Positions 12,901 to 25,966 of a DNA stretch of 64,000 nucleotides are shown piece by piece. The position numbers and the translations under genes are program-made. Source of the stretch: Oopsacas minuta (lineage: Eukaryota; Animalia; Porifera); assembly GCA_024704765.1 (NCBI GenBank), contig JAKMXF010000033.1:496001-560000 (forward strand), in the 5' to 3' direction. The notes beneath the pieces are model-generated. The model saw nothing but the letters and a program-made list of their open reading frames with translations, was not told the origin of the DNA and did not search any database. How positions within the stretch are numbered: the stretch's first letter is position 1; each line of letters opens with the position of its first letter.

Positions 12901-15900
12901 AAGCCAGTGAGTGAGATCAAACATGTTATACATAATCTAGACTAGTTAGGAAGCCATCAACTAGAAGAGATTTATTTCCGAAAAGGAACAAAATTAAAAT
13001 AAGATTAAATAAGGTCTACAAATTGAATCTCTTGTAAATGGCTCTGTAGACTCTTAATTAGGTCATTAATTAATTAATTGATAATCATACGTCAAAGTAA
13101 GCAAGCGAATCAAAGAGACAAGTAGATGGACAAGTTTAAGGAAACTCGTCTAAATCATGAATTCCAAGTCTAAAACTGATAATAATGAAGGAATCATAAG
13201 TGGATGTATAATTAAGTGACAATTATATGGCCCGGCCAGGGAGCAATTCGCCTTGTTTGGGGGTAGTTATCTAAAAATTGCGGTAAATATGATACAAGAC
13301 AGTTTTATACAAATTGGTAATCATCTCACAGAATATGTTAGGTGAAATGTTACGACATACCAAATTGAAATTTATATTGCATTTTTCAGAGAAACATATG
13401 TAAGTAAATTCATCAAAAATATTATGAATTTTCAATAAATTAACTCTGCGAATAATAATTGCAATAATTGCATGAACTCAAATGTCAATTCATTTTTCTG
13501 AGATCTTAGATTGTGATTTGGGAAGGTATTTGATGCTAGCACCAAACTAAGGTTATGTAGCCATAGAAAAATTATATCTGTGACAAGGAGTTGTAACCGA
13601 ATATTCAAGTCACTTATTAATGAGATACTATTCAAGTACAAAGTGTATGTACTTCAAAACACAGAGACTGTCAGGCTATACAGGTAGAAAGGAAGAGAGG
13701 ACCACCCTTGCTAGAAATATTAGTTGTTCTTTGTGTGTATATTGAATAGGAGATTAAAATAACTGCCATTCAACCACAACACAGTACTTAAGGCTAATTC
13801 TATAAAGGACATATTGACTGACCTTCTAGGTATATATGATATTATTGATCAAATGAGACAGCCCTAAACCATCACGCCACTCTGACCTATACGTACGGAG
13901 CTAAAATAGAACATAATCGAGGAACAAATCTGTATAGGAAACGGAAAATACTCTCATAATGATATACCACAGGAAGATATACCACAGGAAGATAGACCAC
14001 AGGAAGATAGACCACAGGAAGATAGACTATTTGAGACACTCATACTATATTGTTGATTGTAAAATTGCCAGATGATTAATAGAAATTATACGTATTGTGG
14101 AACCTCGTAAATACGAACACTTAAGGCTTTATCCAGAGTTTGTATTAACCGGGGTAATACCGATTGAATAACCATTGTTGGGATCAGATTTTGTGTGAAT
14201 ATCTTATCCGGAAATTCGTATTTAACGGTATATCCCATTGTTGGCATTCCTGCTTAATGGAATGATGGACAATTCTCGTTTGGTCTTGTTTGAGTGATAT
14301 TACATAGTACATACACTGAGTTTGAAAAGTTTGGAAACAGAATTTCACTCAATTATTGATAAAAGCAAGCCTTTTGAGATATTCTATTATCAAAATACAG
14401 TGGAAACTAGTCATAAACATACGTACGTAAACATGGACGAAATAATATATAGAATATACATCTGATAGAGCCTCAGTGGTTATTCACAAAGATAACATCA
14501 ATAAACTGTGTTTATGTAAATATATTCATGGCTTAATTCTCTTAAAATTAGATTATACATTACTTAAGTTTATCAAATCAAAGAGGTTTGTTACATGCTA
14601 TTTTGCTCTGAGTAGTGGGAATGTTCAATTTAATTTTGTATTACTTATCGGTAATTGTCGGTTAACTTTCAACTTGAAAGTAAATGAACTTAAACATGTT
14701 TTAAGAAGAATGGGGGTGTCACACTAATGAAGTATAATACACAAACAGTTGGGCTTATCCTTGTTAAAACCCTAAGAAACAAGCCATGTCAGCTGAATTT
14801 ACAATTATTAAGATCAAACAGAGTTTACATAGTACTATGCCTCTATACATGCCACAAGAAGGTTGAGGGGATTGACGAACTTAGGCAAAATTGCTACACT
14901 CTACAAAGAAATTAGCAATGTATGCTTGACCCACTACATAATGTTGTCTATATCACTAATAGTGAAATTTAGAAACAAGACACACAAATGGTTATGCACA
15001 ACATAAGTCAAACATGATGAATTATATGTAAGAGTTGTATACAACAAATTTACAGTGGTGTTTGCCTAAAGCAAGTCTTTTCAGGGACTTAGAGTATATT
15101 TCATATTATTGGAAATAATTTCTCTAATATCAAGTTTGCGTATTAACAAGGGAAATCGTGTAAAATACGAACTAAGAAAGATTGCGAAAACTAATTTCAA
15201 TGAATTCTGGTTTTAGCATTAAATAGTAACTACGTAGCTCAATGAGTAGCACTTAATCTGAGATTAAATACACAACATATAGATAGGAGCTATATACAGT
15301 CATGTTGACGTGCCATGTGCGTGAGATAAGTACCTCTACTTCAAACTAGAATGAAGATAAGGATTAGAATGAAATGTAGGATTGTGTGTCACAGAATATG
15401 GTTTCCTGAATAACATTATAATCCAGTACAAGTAGCCGATATCTGCACTGCTTATTGAGGAATTCAGGAATGAGATAAACAGGCAATAGGCTTCATTTCA
15501 GGGAATCGAAAAGTTAAGTATTGCAATCAGAGTAGAACGTCTGGAGCTCAACTAGGACATTCACCAGTTGGTCCAACTACGATAGCATCTAAATTGTCTC
15601 ATGTACTTACTCTCGGTAATTACATACATACATTAAATATGGAGAACATATATACAGAAAGTGTCCATTTTAACCAATTATTACTTGCAAGAAAATTAGA
15701 TCAAAATTCGAAGAAACTATTAATTATACTCCGTGAAAACATCTGTTCGACAATACTGAGCGAAATGTATGTCTAGAAATAGTAAGGTAAGGCTTAAGTA
15801 TACTGATTTAGGAGTATGATGATATACTGTCAGGAAAAAATACAATTTATCCAGAATTTAGATGAAATCATCTAACAAGGGTCAATTGATCATTAATACC

Positions 15901-18900
15901 ACCACGAGTGGTGCGGGTAGTTAAGGACCCTCTGGTTTATAGGAATTGAGTTTATGTGTTATCATAATTAGCATAAGATGATACAAAGTTGGACTAGGTA
16001 GTTATACAGAGCAAAGTAGCGTCAGGTTGTTAATGGATAATCATGTGTATTTGGTACATACAATCTGAGGTATAATTGTGAATGGAAGCGGAAATAGATT
16101 TGTAAAAGTATGATTTACATATGATAGTACTTTATTATATCATTTCAGTGTAGCAAGGGTTGTGAGGTAAATAAAGGATACAGCTTGAAAGTTGTTGATT
16201 GGGGTACGAACAGGATAATTTGATAAATGATCGAGCCCGATATTTGTGGATAAATATACGGTGGTACCTGAATAATCTGGGAAATTAAAACAGTTAGGAT
16301 TAGCAAGGATCTTAATCCATGTTGGGTCTCTTATAGAAATACTAGCCGCAACGCCGCTCTCTGGATGGATTTTTCTGCTAGTTCCTGCGGAATGCTTTTT
16401 CGGGCCTTGGCCCTCACGATTGTCTTTTGGAGTTAGCAGACGAATATAGGAACGATTAATGTCTTTGAATAATATTCAGTAATATTCGGTTACAATACTA
16501 ATTGTTACAATATTCAGATATCCTTTTAGAAGGTTAATAGACACAAAACAATCATTCCTGGCCTGGAGACTGCAAAATATAATACACAACTATATCATAT
16601 ATTGGACAACGATGCACACGTAAATCCACAAATGGAATTGTAAGGAAATAGAACTCTGGCTAGAGTAATCAATAATTGATTGAATTAATAACAGGTCCAG
16701 ACCATTACCCTCTACCCCAGACAAATAGCCTAGAGGAGACAGTATGATCATAGAGCATTACGATATCAATTTATGAGTGTAGAGTACAAGGAAGAGAGAT
16801 ATCAAATAAGATGGTAAGATAAATATTGTACGAGTTTCTAATTACGTACTCACATTCCCTACTAACACAGGGCTATTGGTACATGGAAATGTCTATTAAT
16901 ACACAGGAAATAAAGTATGATTAAATTCCAATGACCCAATATGATCTCTCCAGTTGCTCCATCGCTCCAAAGGTAGAGTTAATGATAATGCAAGAATTCA
17001 GACTTTGTACCCGTCCTACTATGAAAACGCCTCTACCTCTACTCACTGTGTGAGGAGATTACAATTATGCATCAATGATCTTCAGTTGTAGATGGGAGTA
17101 TTATAAAATAGCTCTACTTGTAATTTAATGGAAGTTAATTAGAGGGTATATAATTAAGAGCCAATATGGTCAGTGCAGATAGAGACAATTCTGCATAATA
17201 AACAATCGTGTGAATGCAGGCGCATTTTAGCACCAAATATATCAATATTCAACAAGAAAGTAATGATATGTTGTACGATAGTTATCGTGTACTTGCATGA
17301 TCAAAATATTCAGAATATTTACAAGGTAATTATGTGGTAGATGTGCACATGAGCATGATGGAATCATACAAATTCGAATAAACTATCACTTCAATAGATA
17401 TAATGAATACATTCAGATTATTAAGATAATTATACAAATATGATTTAATCTAATTATCTTTTAAAATTATATAGCATGTGAATGGAATATGTTGCTTTCT
17501 TTGGGTATAATCTCAACAAGTAGAAGCAACTTAATCAAAGATAAACATCCAAATACCTAGGATATTAAATTACTTTTGAAAGAAATAATTAATATATCTC
17601 GTTTGGGTTCATCTGTCCATTTATTATGGAATGTCCCAAAAATGATCGGTCAGCCGATCTATTGAATGATACAGGATGATCTGGCTAGGAACTCTTGGAC
17701 ATTCTCATGAAATATCAACAGCATATAACTAACAAAAAATTACATGTAGCGTGTTCCGTTAATATTGTTCAATACTACAACTTGCTTATTATGTAATATA
17801 CATATATGCATTACGAGAATTTGACAAATATATTCACAAACGTGATCTATCATTTCTAAATCAGGCAAATTTACGGGAAAATCAATAAACCGTTCTAATT
17901 GAGTTAATATTACTATACAATATGCCAGGTGGAATCCCATTGAATACTAGTTATTATTATTATTTCTATAGATTCGATGAACTGGGAGAGTGTTTCACCC
18001 AAGAGGGAGATCCGATTGTTTGGTGAAATGAGCCAAATAGTAGTATACGGACATGATATCAAGAAGCCGACTGAAGTATAGAGGGCCATATGACTTTGTT
18101 CGTGTCACATTCTTTGAAAGCTAAGGGCTTACATATGTACCTTTGAAACTAGGACAATAGACAGTAAGTATATCTGCTTAGAAAACAAAGAATGCCCTCT
18201 CTATGTCAGCGCTATTGCTATAAGGAGGTATTCGTACAAACAATTGAGTATCAATTGATTAGTATATCAGCGGCTTCCTATCTTGTAATTGGATTGAAAT
18301 TCATCTCTGAGATCCTACAAAGCTGCAAAGCAGTATTGTAGGTTTTATCTGTAGAGACAATCATTGGGAGCAGCCAGGAGCAACATGCTGTAGCAAGAAT
18401 TCAAAATCTTGCAAAGTAATTAGAAGACATTAATCTTTAGGGGAATAAAGCATTGGACTCTTAAGTAGCAAATATTATCGTGATTATTTGTTGCGATAGT
18501 TGTGTGTCAATAATAGTATAATGAGGGAAGGAGTACATTGCTATGACGTAATTCTATCGGGAAATACAGATATTACATTTGAATATTTTCATGATTTTAC
18601 CTAGTTATCCGTAATTGTGTAAAATAGAAATTTCGAAAAGTAATTTCTGTACTTACCGCATAGGACATCTTCATGCCATTCTGTGAGAGCTTGTGAGAAA
18701 TACTCGTGAGAAAATGCTGTCTCAGATAAACTAAAAGAATAATACAACATAATAAACAATAAACAAACTATACTCACAAATCGCAGGATCCAATTAACTC
18801 GTGGAATATGAAATATAATTTGAGTAATTAACTATGAACCCAGAAATTAATTAGTAACAATTGCCTAGCTATATTGAAGCAATAAAAACAAAATAAGCGT

Positions 18901-21900
18901 GAAACTAATCTGGAATAATCAAAACATCCATCATGCGATGAAAAATCACAAAAATATTACAAACTCTGACATCTACAAATTAATTATATTACACTATACA
19001 TGTATTAATTCAATAACAATTAATAACCTGTAATTTGCAATGTAGGGGGGGATATATCTTACTAAGGAGAGTATAGGAGATCAGGATATTACATAATTTT
19101 ACTCAGAAGATTACTTTGATTAGTGCAAGTATTATATATATATTATAGCAAAACAACAATAAACAACCTGCAACACAACAAATGTGGCCTATTAATTTGA
19201 ACTATTGATGTAGCATATAAAATATCAAATAAGATATCATAAGTTTCAGTGTAACGGAATGTTAATATATCCGAATAGAAATTGCTTACATCCAATATTG
19301 CTGTATTGAGTAGTTTGAATGTATACGGAGTACTGCTATAGTAGTTTATACATGATCAGCAATATATTTGAATGTTAGCAAATTTGGTTAGTTCTGAACG
19401 TGTCTTAAGGACAAAATTCAGGAACTATTCGAACAAATAAGATGTAGATTATATCAACTGCTGTATAGCTTATGAACCGCGATAATTATTTCGATATACC
19501 CGAATACATTTATGTTACTTTGACGGTTTGGGACCATATTTGTATGATTTCAGACTTCGATATAACTGGGAGTTGACTGTAATATTCTAAGAATTCATAT
19601 AATTGAATTTTCCCATTATTTCGCTCACGCATACCTACAGTCTATTGGATAAATTCAATAATTAGTCTCCCATCAAATGAACCACAACTAATCTAATCAT
19701 GGATCCCAGACTTGATATAACAATTATACCAGACAATTAATTATCCCTACACTGAATATTATAGTCAGTCATTATTTGTGTTTTCGCTGCATATTATTAC
19801 TCGCAAATTCATCGTTTCATTGCCTCCTAGACTATATTATATCCTGAATTCGTATTTACCGAATTATTTCTCATTGAAAAGGTATTAAAGGGTGAAATTG
19901 TAAGTATTATCCAGGTTATCGTATCAAAGAGATACGTACGTATATCATAATTATTATAAAATGAAAAGTAGTATATATGAAGTATTAACAATTCTTTGAA
20001 ATAAGTAAACAATGGATAGAACTGCAAAGTCTGACAAAATCAATATTATTCACTCTAAACTGATGATATTAAATATTCATACAGGGTACTGGGTAAATTA
20101 CTTGTCCGTTTACCAATTCGCTAGCAGTAACCACGACAAGTTAGTACGAGTTACAAACAACTGATAAATTTACTATGAATTGTACTAGCAGCAGTATGTG
20201 AACATATCTCGGCACTATATTTGTTCACAATTTCCTTCAGATACTGCTTTATTACTATAATACATATTTACTTGCTGTGTGTACCCGGTAAAACATCTGA
20301 CTGGCTCACAAATGTACTTCTCACTATATTTGGGTTAAGAAGAAAGGAGAATATTTGACCACTGTTTTAACCTAAATTAAATTGAAGGATATGTGCTATA
20401 TAGAAATGTGGAGTTACAGTTGCAAGAGTTGAATAATTGATGAATGATGCTTGGATGGATCATAACATGTGGATGTTATAGTCAGCACTAGTATAATACA
20501 ACAGGTGAATACAACCCAGGGAATATACGAAATGGATCGAATCAAGGGTAAATTTTCAAAATTCCAAACTTTAAAAGTAATGAATATTCCGTTGTGTACT
20601 TATCGCCTTATGGAGAATAATGCTGTAACAGGAGTAGAGGTATAGCTACAGTCGGGATAACTTGACATCAGCAATGGACATAACATAGGCTTCTTGATAA
20701 GCTAAATATTCGCGGAATAACTCAGTTTTCGGAGAGAAGGAGACATATCCACATTAAATGTGTTGGGAAGGGAAAGCACACAAGTTCAAGCAGATGGTAG
20801 CAGTCAGCAACACACGGTAGATAAGGCTGTTGTCATGGTAGCTATACGCTTAATGTTATGTATTGTAATTCTATGAATGTGATTTCTGAGGAAGTTTGGT
20901 TTGATACGCAAGTTTAAGAGAAATGTAATCTCCATCATGAAGAATTGGATATAATCTGGATCTTATTATTATTATAATTATGTTGTGTAACTGTAACAGG
21001 CTGATAGGCCAGATATTGTGATATCGTGTGTAACGCCATTCAACTCACGATATGTTGTAAGAACCTGCTGGACATATTTACTGGAATAACTGTGCACTAC
21101 TATAAGTTAATTAAGAACTTTGTTGGAGCATAGAAGCGAGACAAATTGTATAATACGTAAATATCTAAAACAAAAACTGTTAGATTGCAAAAAGAATTTT
21201 TGCAATCAAAAAATCATTATACAACCACATACGTACATCCTCTAAATTAGAAAAAATATTTATCAGGAATTAGGTTCACTACGTCAAATATAATTATTGG
21301 CTCCTGACCTGAATCATACCTCAAATAACACATTCCATAAATTCCATTGCGCCCTTAGTAACAGATAGGATGATTGGATGTATGACGGTGGGCATGAAAT
21401 GGACCATCAGAAGATTGTTAGATTAAAATACCCAATTTACATCAGACCAGTTAAGTAGAAAATATTTAACTACTCCTAGACAATAAGCACTATTAATGAA
21501 CTAACAATACTGGGTGTCTATGACCCATTTTGAACTCTATTGCTTAATATATTGTAGGTTAAATATACGCCGATTACTGTAAGTTAAGGTAAATGTCAAC
21601 ACAACAGACACATGAAAGGATTTACAAACATTAAGAGTGAGGCGATGTGCTTTCTAGGGAAATTAATGTGATGGGTAATACGAAAAATCGCAGGTAATTC
21701 TTAATAGGGATTGATCTCATCCAATTAAAGAGCTTCATACGTGAAAAAATCAATTACGAATTAATTATAGCATATTACGATGGAATTTACAAAAATCGAA
21801 ATATTTACCGAATGTCACAGCGATATTCATGAGTCATTTTAAGTTATATATTTAGCCTCCGAGTACTCTCAAAGGTTAATTCTAATTGCTGTTACAGGGA

Positions 21901-23087
21901 ATAGAATCCTATAATATTATGTGTGTGTGTGTAATTGTGAAGACAATTAACTCTTGAGAAAGAATTATGGTATTTAATGGAAGGAATTGATATATTAGTG
22001 ATGGAAGGTAGAAATTCGTATAATTTGAGGATCGACACATTAAGATTGATACAAATTACAATGATTCGTATTAATATTAAAAAGTTACGTAAATATTGAG
22101 GATTGTTTAACGTATTTTTGGTGACTCTTAATACGAATTTGATGGAAATTGGAATTTTTGCTAAAATCATATTATAGGTAAAAATAATGATTTAAGCAAA
22201 CCTAAAATAATTATTAATAATACAGTGGTTCCAATCGGGGGTCTATGGACACATTGGTGGTCCACGAAGGACAACAGAATGTGTGAAAATTGGTATAGGG
22301 GTCCACAGGTGAAAAAGACTGGGAACCGCAGTAGAAATAAATCAATGTTAGATTGTTGTCCTCTAGAAGCTAAACAGCAAATTATACAAGCAGGGGTCGC
22401 AACAAGTAATACCCATTAAGGAACTACAGCAATAAGCTGATACAGATATAATTGGATAATAGTTTTTAATTAATAATATATTGATGAATGCCACCCGTCG
22501 ATAGCCAATAAGTGTAAACATGTTTTGAGTAAGATCATGACCAGACAGACATTAATTAAACTTAAGAGACACAAATAAAGTCCAAAGGTGCAGTATATAT
22601 TCGATTAAGCGATTAGAGAGTGGATTACCCCCCTACCACATGATTACAGTAATTGGTTTTAATTAAACTTAATAATAAGACCGTAGTAGGCGTAATGATA
22701 CATATTATAGTGTTTTACAAACCAAGAGTTAGGCTGTTTAGAAAGGAAATAGTGAAAATGGCTGGTGAGTGTATCTGATCGCTGGTATGAGGTTGGTTAG
22801 CATGGAAATTGGACGACAGGACGATTTAATTTGACCACTGTATAGGTGACCGTTTTTATGGATGCATGGCCGTATGAGACTGTCCGGTCGATCAGGTTTC
22901 AACTGGACCAACATTTGGAGTGCTAATTCAAATAATATTAGTCAACCGGGTCAATTGAAATCTGATTACTACTTCCCTGTGGGATGTACCCCAAAGAGCC
23001 ATCTATGATATAAACGTGGAATAATGCCAGAAATAGAATTGTGAGCTGTATCATAATATAGAGGTGGACTAACAGTAAATTGTATGC

Positions 23088-23140
<53 letters not shown>

Positions 23141-25966
23141 GTAATAATAATAATAATAAATATCACTGGAAATAGTAAGGACTTTAAAAGTAGAGGGCTA
23201 TGAATAAACACTTACCTAACTTCTGAAGGAGTGACTACTTGATCTATTTCTGGTAGAAGAGAGATTAGTTCATTTCTCTCCTCTTCAGAGAAGTACAAAC
23301 TGAAATTCTTCTTGTTGATTATATTCTAAAGGACAATGGATAACATATGAAACAGGATATTTATCCAGTCGTCGCTACAAGTACCTTGATGTCTTTCTCC
23401 ATAAGAAAATGTGTTACAGGAGATGTCATACCATTTTTCCTTCTTTTATTCCTGGAAGCTATTAAATAGAAATGTAAACAAATTCTCAATTTTAGTAACA
23501 CGTAAGATCCTCACCTGTTTTTTTTTGATTTTCCTGTTTTATTGATTGAATGTCACATACCTTAATTAATATACAGAATAGTAATGAGTAAGTTAAGTAC
23601 AGTAGAATTCTCTTATTAGCAAGTTGTATTTTACACGAATTTCCCGCTGATATGTGAACTTGCTATTAGAAGAATTATTTCTAAACAAAATGGAGTCTAA
23701 GTCCCTGAAAACAACTAGCTATTTAGCGAATACAGTGGTTATCGCTTATAAGAACACCCTAAGGAGTATGAAAATATGTTCTTATAAGCCATACCCATTA
23801 TATTATTTGTATTGCTAATAGGTGAACATCACTTTAGACAGAATGCTCTAGAAGTACTCTCACCATATGTCTTGAATTTGTATCGGCTGATGCAATGCCA
23901 ATTGTACTACTACCTATACGTAATTAGATTAATAAACTCGTTGGAACTTTCTATTAATAATACATTAATAATATGTACTGATGGTGTTACCTAAATCAGA
24001 TACAATACTCGGCATCTCTGCTCTATCAGTACAAGATGAAGGTATACATATCTGTGGATGTATCAGCTGATCTGGATGAGTAGCTACATGATACAGCTGT
24101 CCTGTATCGTTATTCGTCAATAACACACAGGGAGTGTTAAGGTTAAGAGAATCAGATTGACGTTCTATAATCATAGAAGAGGTAGCTGATGTAATTGGTA
24201 CTTCTTGAACATTGGATTTCTTATCTTCCTTCTAGATAGAAAATATTAGATAAAAATATTATAAACTCTGATAGATATGAATAATATAGAAATACTAACC
24301 GCGTCCTCTCCGATACCTAGATTCAATGGGAGAAGGAACTCCTCTCCACTGACACCTCTATGCTTCTTGCCCCCTATCCTCCTCTTGTCAGATGCTAGCA
24401 GGTATTTGACAGGAGATGGGACGGTCTCTTTACAAAGAGAGGGAGATACAATCGGTAAGGAGTTTTCACGTATGTATATCTGATGACAGTTTATAGATAC
24501 AGGGTCAGGTGATGTTCTCTTATCACTACCAGCTGCTACAGAGATAGGCTTAACGCATAAATTTGGAACAAGTAGATTAATCCCTTTACTACTGCATTTT
24601 AAGGAATCACTCTCTTCGTGCTGTTCATTGTTCTGAGTTGTCTTTATTGGGGAGTTTGTTGAGAGGAAGGAGGGCTTAATGTCCTCTTTCAAAGAATTAT
24701 AACCACTATTCAGTAACCTCCTAGTGCTGATGTTCTATAGATTAGTGATACATAGAAAACGTTTGTAATGAACCGTGGATAATAGTACCATTACCTGCTT
24801 GAGTCTAAAGGCATAACTATTCTCATTAAAAAAAGCTGTAGTGCTTTTCATGAGAGAGAACGGATCGTCTGGTCCGCAGTGAGCCAGCAAGTCATTCTTC
24901 AAATCATCGAAATCGATCCTATTAGAAAATTATATACTTGTCTGGCACCCAGAAATACAGTGTATACCGGTTATAAGAACACCCATGGGAGTAGCAATAC
25001 ATGTTTTTATAACCGGCATAAATATACAGGAACATATGAGAACCGTTTTCCAGAGGATAGTGCTTACATCCGGCATGTTCTTATACCATATAATCCACTG
25101 TATAGAGAACTACGTACGTATATAGAATAATAACCTATTTCTCAGCTGTAATTGCAGTATATCTTGATATATTCTCTGTGTAGTCATAGGTACTTTAGCT
25201 TTCTTCAAAACCTTCAGAATATCGATTAGAATAAAATAGGAGTTATAAATATGAGTAGCCTTTTAAGATATCAAAAAATTATTCATAAAACTATAGAAAT
25301 ACTATATAGATAATAATCTAACCAAAGCAGCTGATTCAAGAGGTGTTAGGATTCGTGTTGATAGGAAAAGATTGATTCGAGGATCTTTACAAGGTAATAT
25401 TGGCATTGCTCGCTAGGAGAATAAAATACGGAATTAGCATCAATTACAGAAGTATAATAGATTCAGTAATCTCGCGTTATATCGACACGTATAGATCGAA
25501 GTCTTAAGTTGTACAAATATGGTCCTGAACAGTCAATGAAACATATTTTTCATCGGCTATATCGAAGTAATTATCGCAGTCTCTTGAGCTTAGATATACC
25601 GGGAGTTAACTGCATAATAGATAGTCTATCGAAATATATAATAGAACAATAATGCATTATTCAAATTTAGAATAGTTAGAAATATAAATTCCCAATCAAA
25701 AGTGTATAACTTACACTCTTTAATGTTTCAAACTCTACTTTAGGATTGTAATACACTTCTACTCCCATCTCAAACGCCAGCTGTTCCAATAAACTGGTAT
25801 ATGTACCCCTCCACATGCGAAGAGTATTCAAGGATAGATCGAACTCTCTAGAGGCTGCGGACCAATTCCGGAGTTCTAAACCTCTCTTCAATACTTTTAT
25901 TTTGAATTCTTCAGAGAATGGAATAGCTTGTTGCTGTCTGGAATCTCGATTGTTCTTAGAACTCAT
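9938..25966 (-). CDS. ASXL: ASXL-family protein (N-terminal HTH + HARE-HTH + DEUBAD), 13-exon model, 713 aa
   Basis: Exons reconstructed by hand, all GT-AG and phase-compatible: 25966-25715, 25412-25323, 25211-25135, 24918-24795, 24734-24300, 24231-23991, 23913-23864, 23560-23515, 23458-23385, 23325-23216, 18730-18657, 10889-10819, 10435-9938 (2142 nt). TPLESAAL|VLKKAKVPMTTQRIYQDI resembles the ASXL HARE-HTH. KDIK|NIINKKNFSLYFSEEERNELISLLPEID...LSETAFSHEYFSQALTEWHEDVLC|GEV...DIWK resembles DEUBAD. Whether exon 1 belongs to this gene is less certain. Confidence 0.8.
13961..14027. repeat. 15-bp minisatellite GATA(T/G)ACCACAGGAA, about 4.5 copies
   Basis: Direct head-to-tail repeats with no spacers, inside the 7.8-kb ASXL-like intron. 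Confidence 0.95.
14094..14235 (+). mobile_element. pogo-type MITE family 2, degenerate copy
   Basis: Colinear with 42578-42745 (GAACCTCGTAAATACGAACAC...TAATACCGATTGAATAACCATTG...AAATTCGTA). Confidence 0.7.
19450..19579 (+). mobile_element. pogo-type MITE family 1, left end eroded
   Basis: CCGCGATAATTATTTCGATATA...GTTTGGGACCATATTTGTA...GATATAACTGGGAGTTGACTG|TA. Confidence 0.8.
22223..22331 (-). mobile_element. hAT-type MITE
   Basis: Ends CAGTGGTTCC and GGGAACCGCAG; reverse-complement homolog of 28925-29045. Confidence 0.75.
23088..23159. repeat. (TAA)n microsatellite, about 24 units
   Basis: Direct inspection. Confidence 0.97.
23600..23682. mobile_element. Short pogo-type MITE
   Basis: TA|CAGTAGAATTCTCTTATTAGCAAGTT paired with AACTTGCTATTAGAAGAATT as an inverted repeat. 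Confidence 0.55.
23733..23802. mobile_element. pogo-type MITE family 3, short copy
   Basis: TA|CAGTGGTTATCGCTTATAAGAACACCC...GTTCTTATAAGCC, similar to 24958-25100. Confidence 0.6.
24958..25100 (+). mobile_element. pogo-type MITE family 3 in an ASXL-like intron
   Basis: TA|CAGTGTATACCGGTTATAAGAAC ... TTCTTATACCATATAATCCACTG|TA. Confidence 0.8.

Noticed and set aside
13961-14027. Short direct repeats as a CRISPR-like array (also 34158-34246)
   Set aside because: The units are head-to-tail with no unique spacers, there are no cas genes, and the context is eukaryotic.
15900-15960. GC-rich patch resembling a tRNA A-box
   Set aside because: There is no B-box (GGTTCGANNCC) and I could not build a cloverleaf.
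16140-16460. Stop-free minus-strand frame of about 100 codons without ATG inside the ASXL-like intron
   Set aside because: It has no start codon, convincing splice borders or recognisable motif, and the ASXL model is phase-complete without it.
22969-23211. 80-aa ORF with a poly-Ile run
   Set aside because: It is the (TAA)n microsatellite read on the minus strand within an intron.
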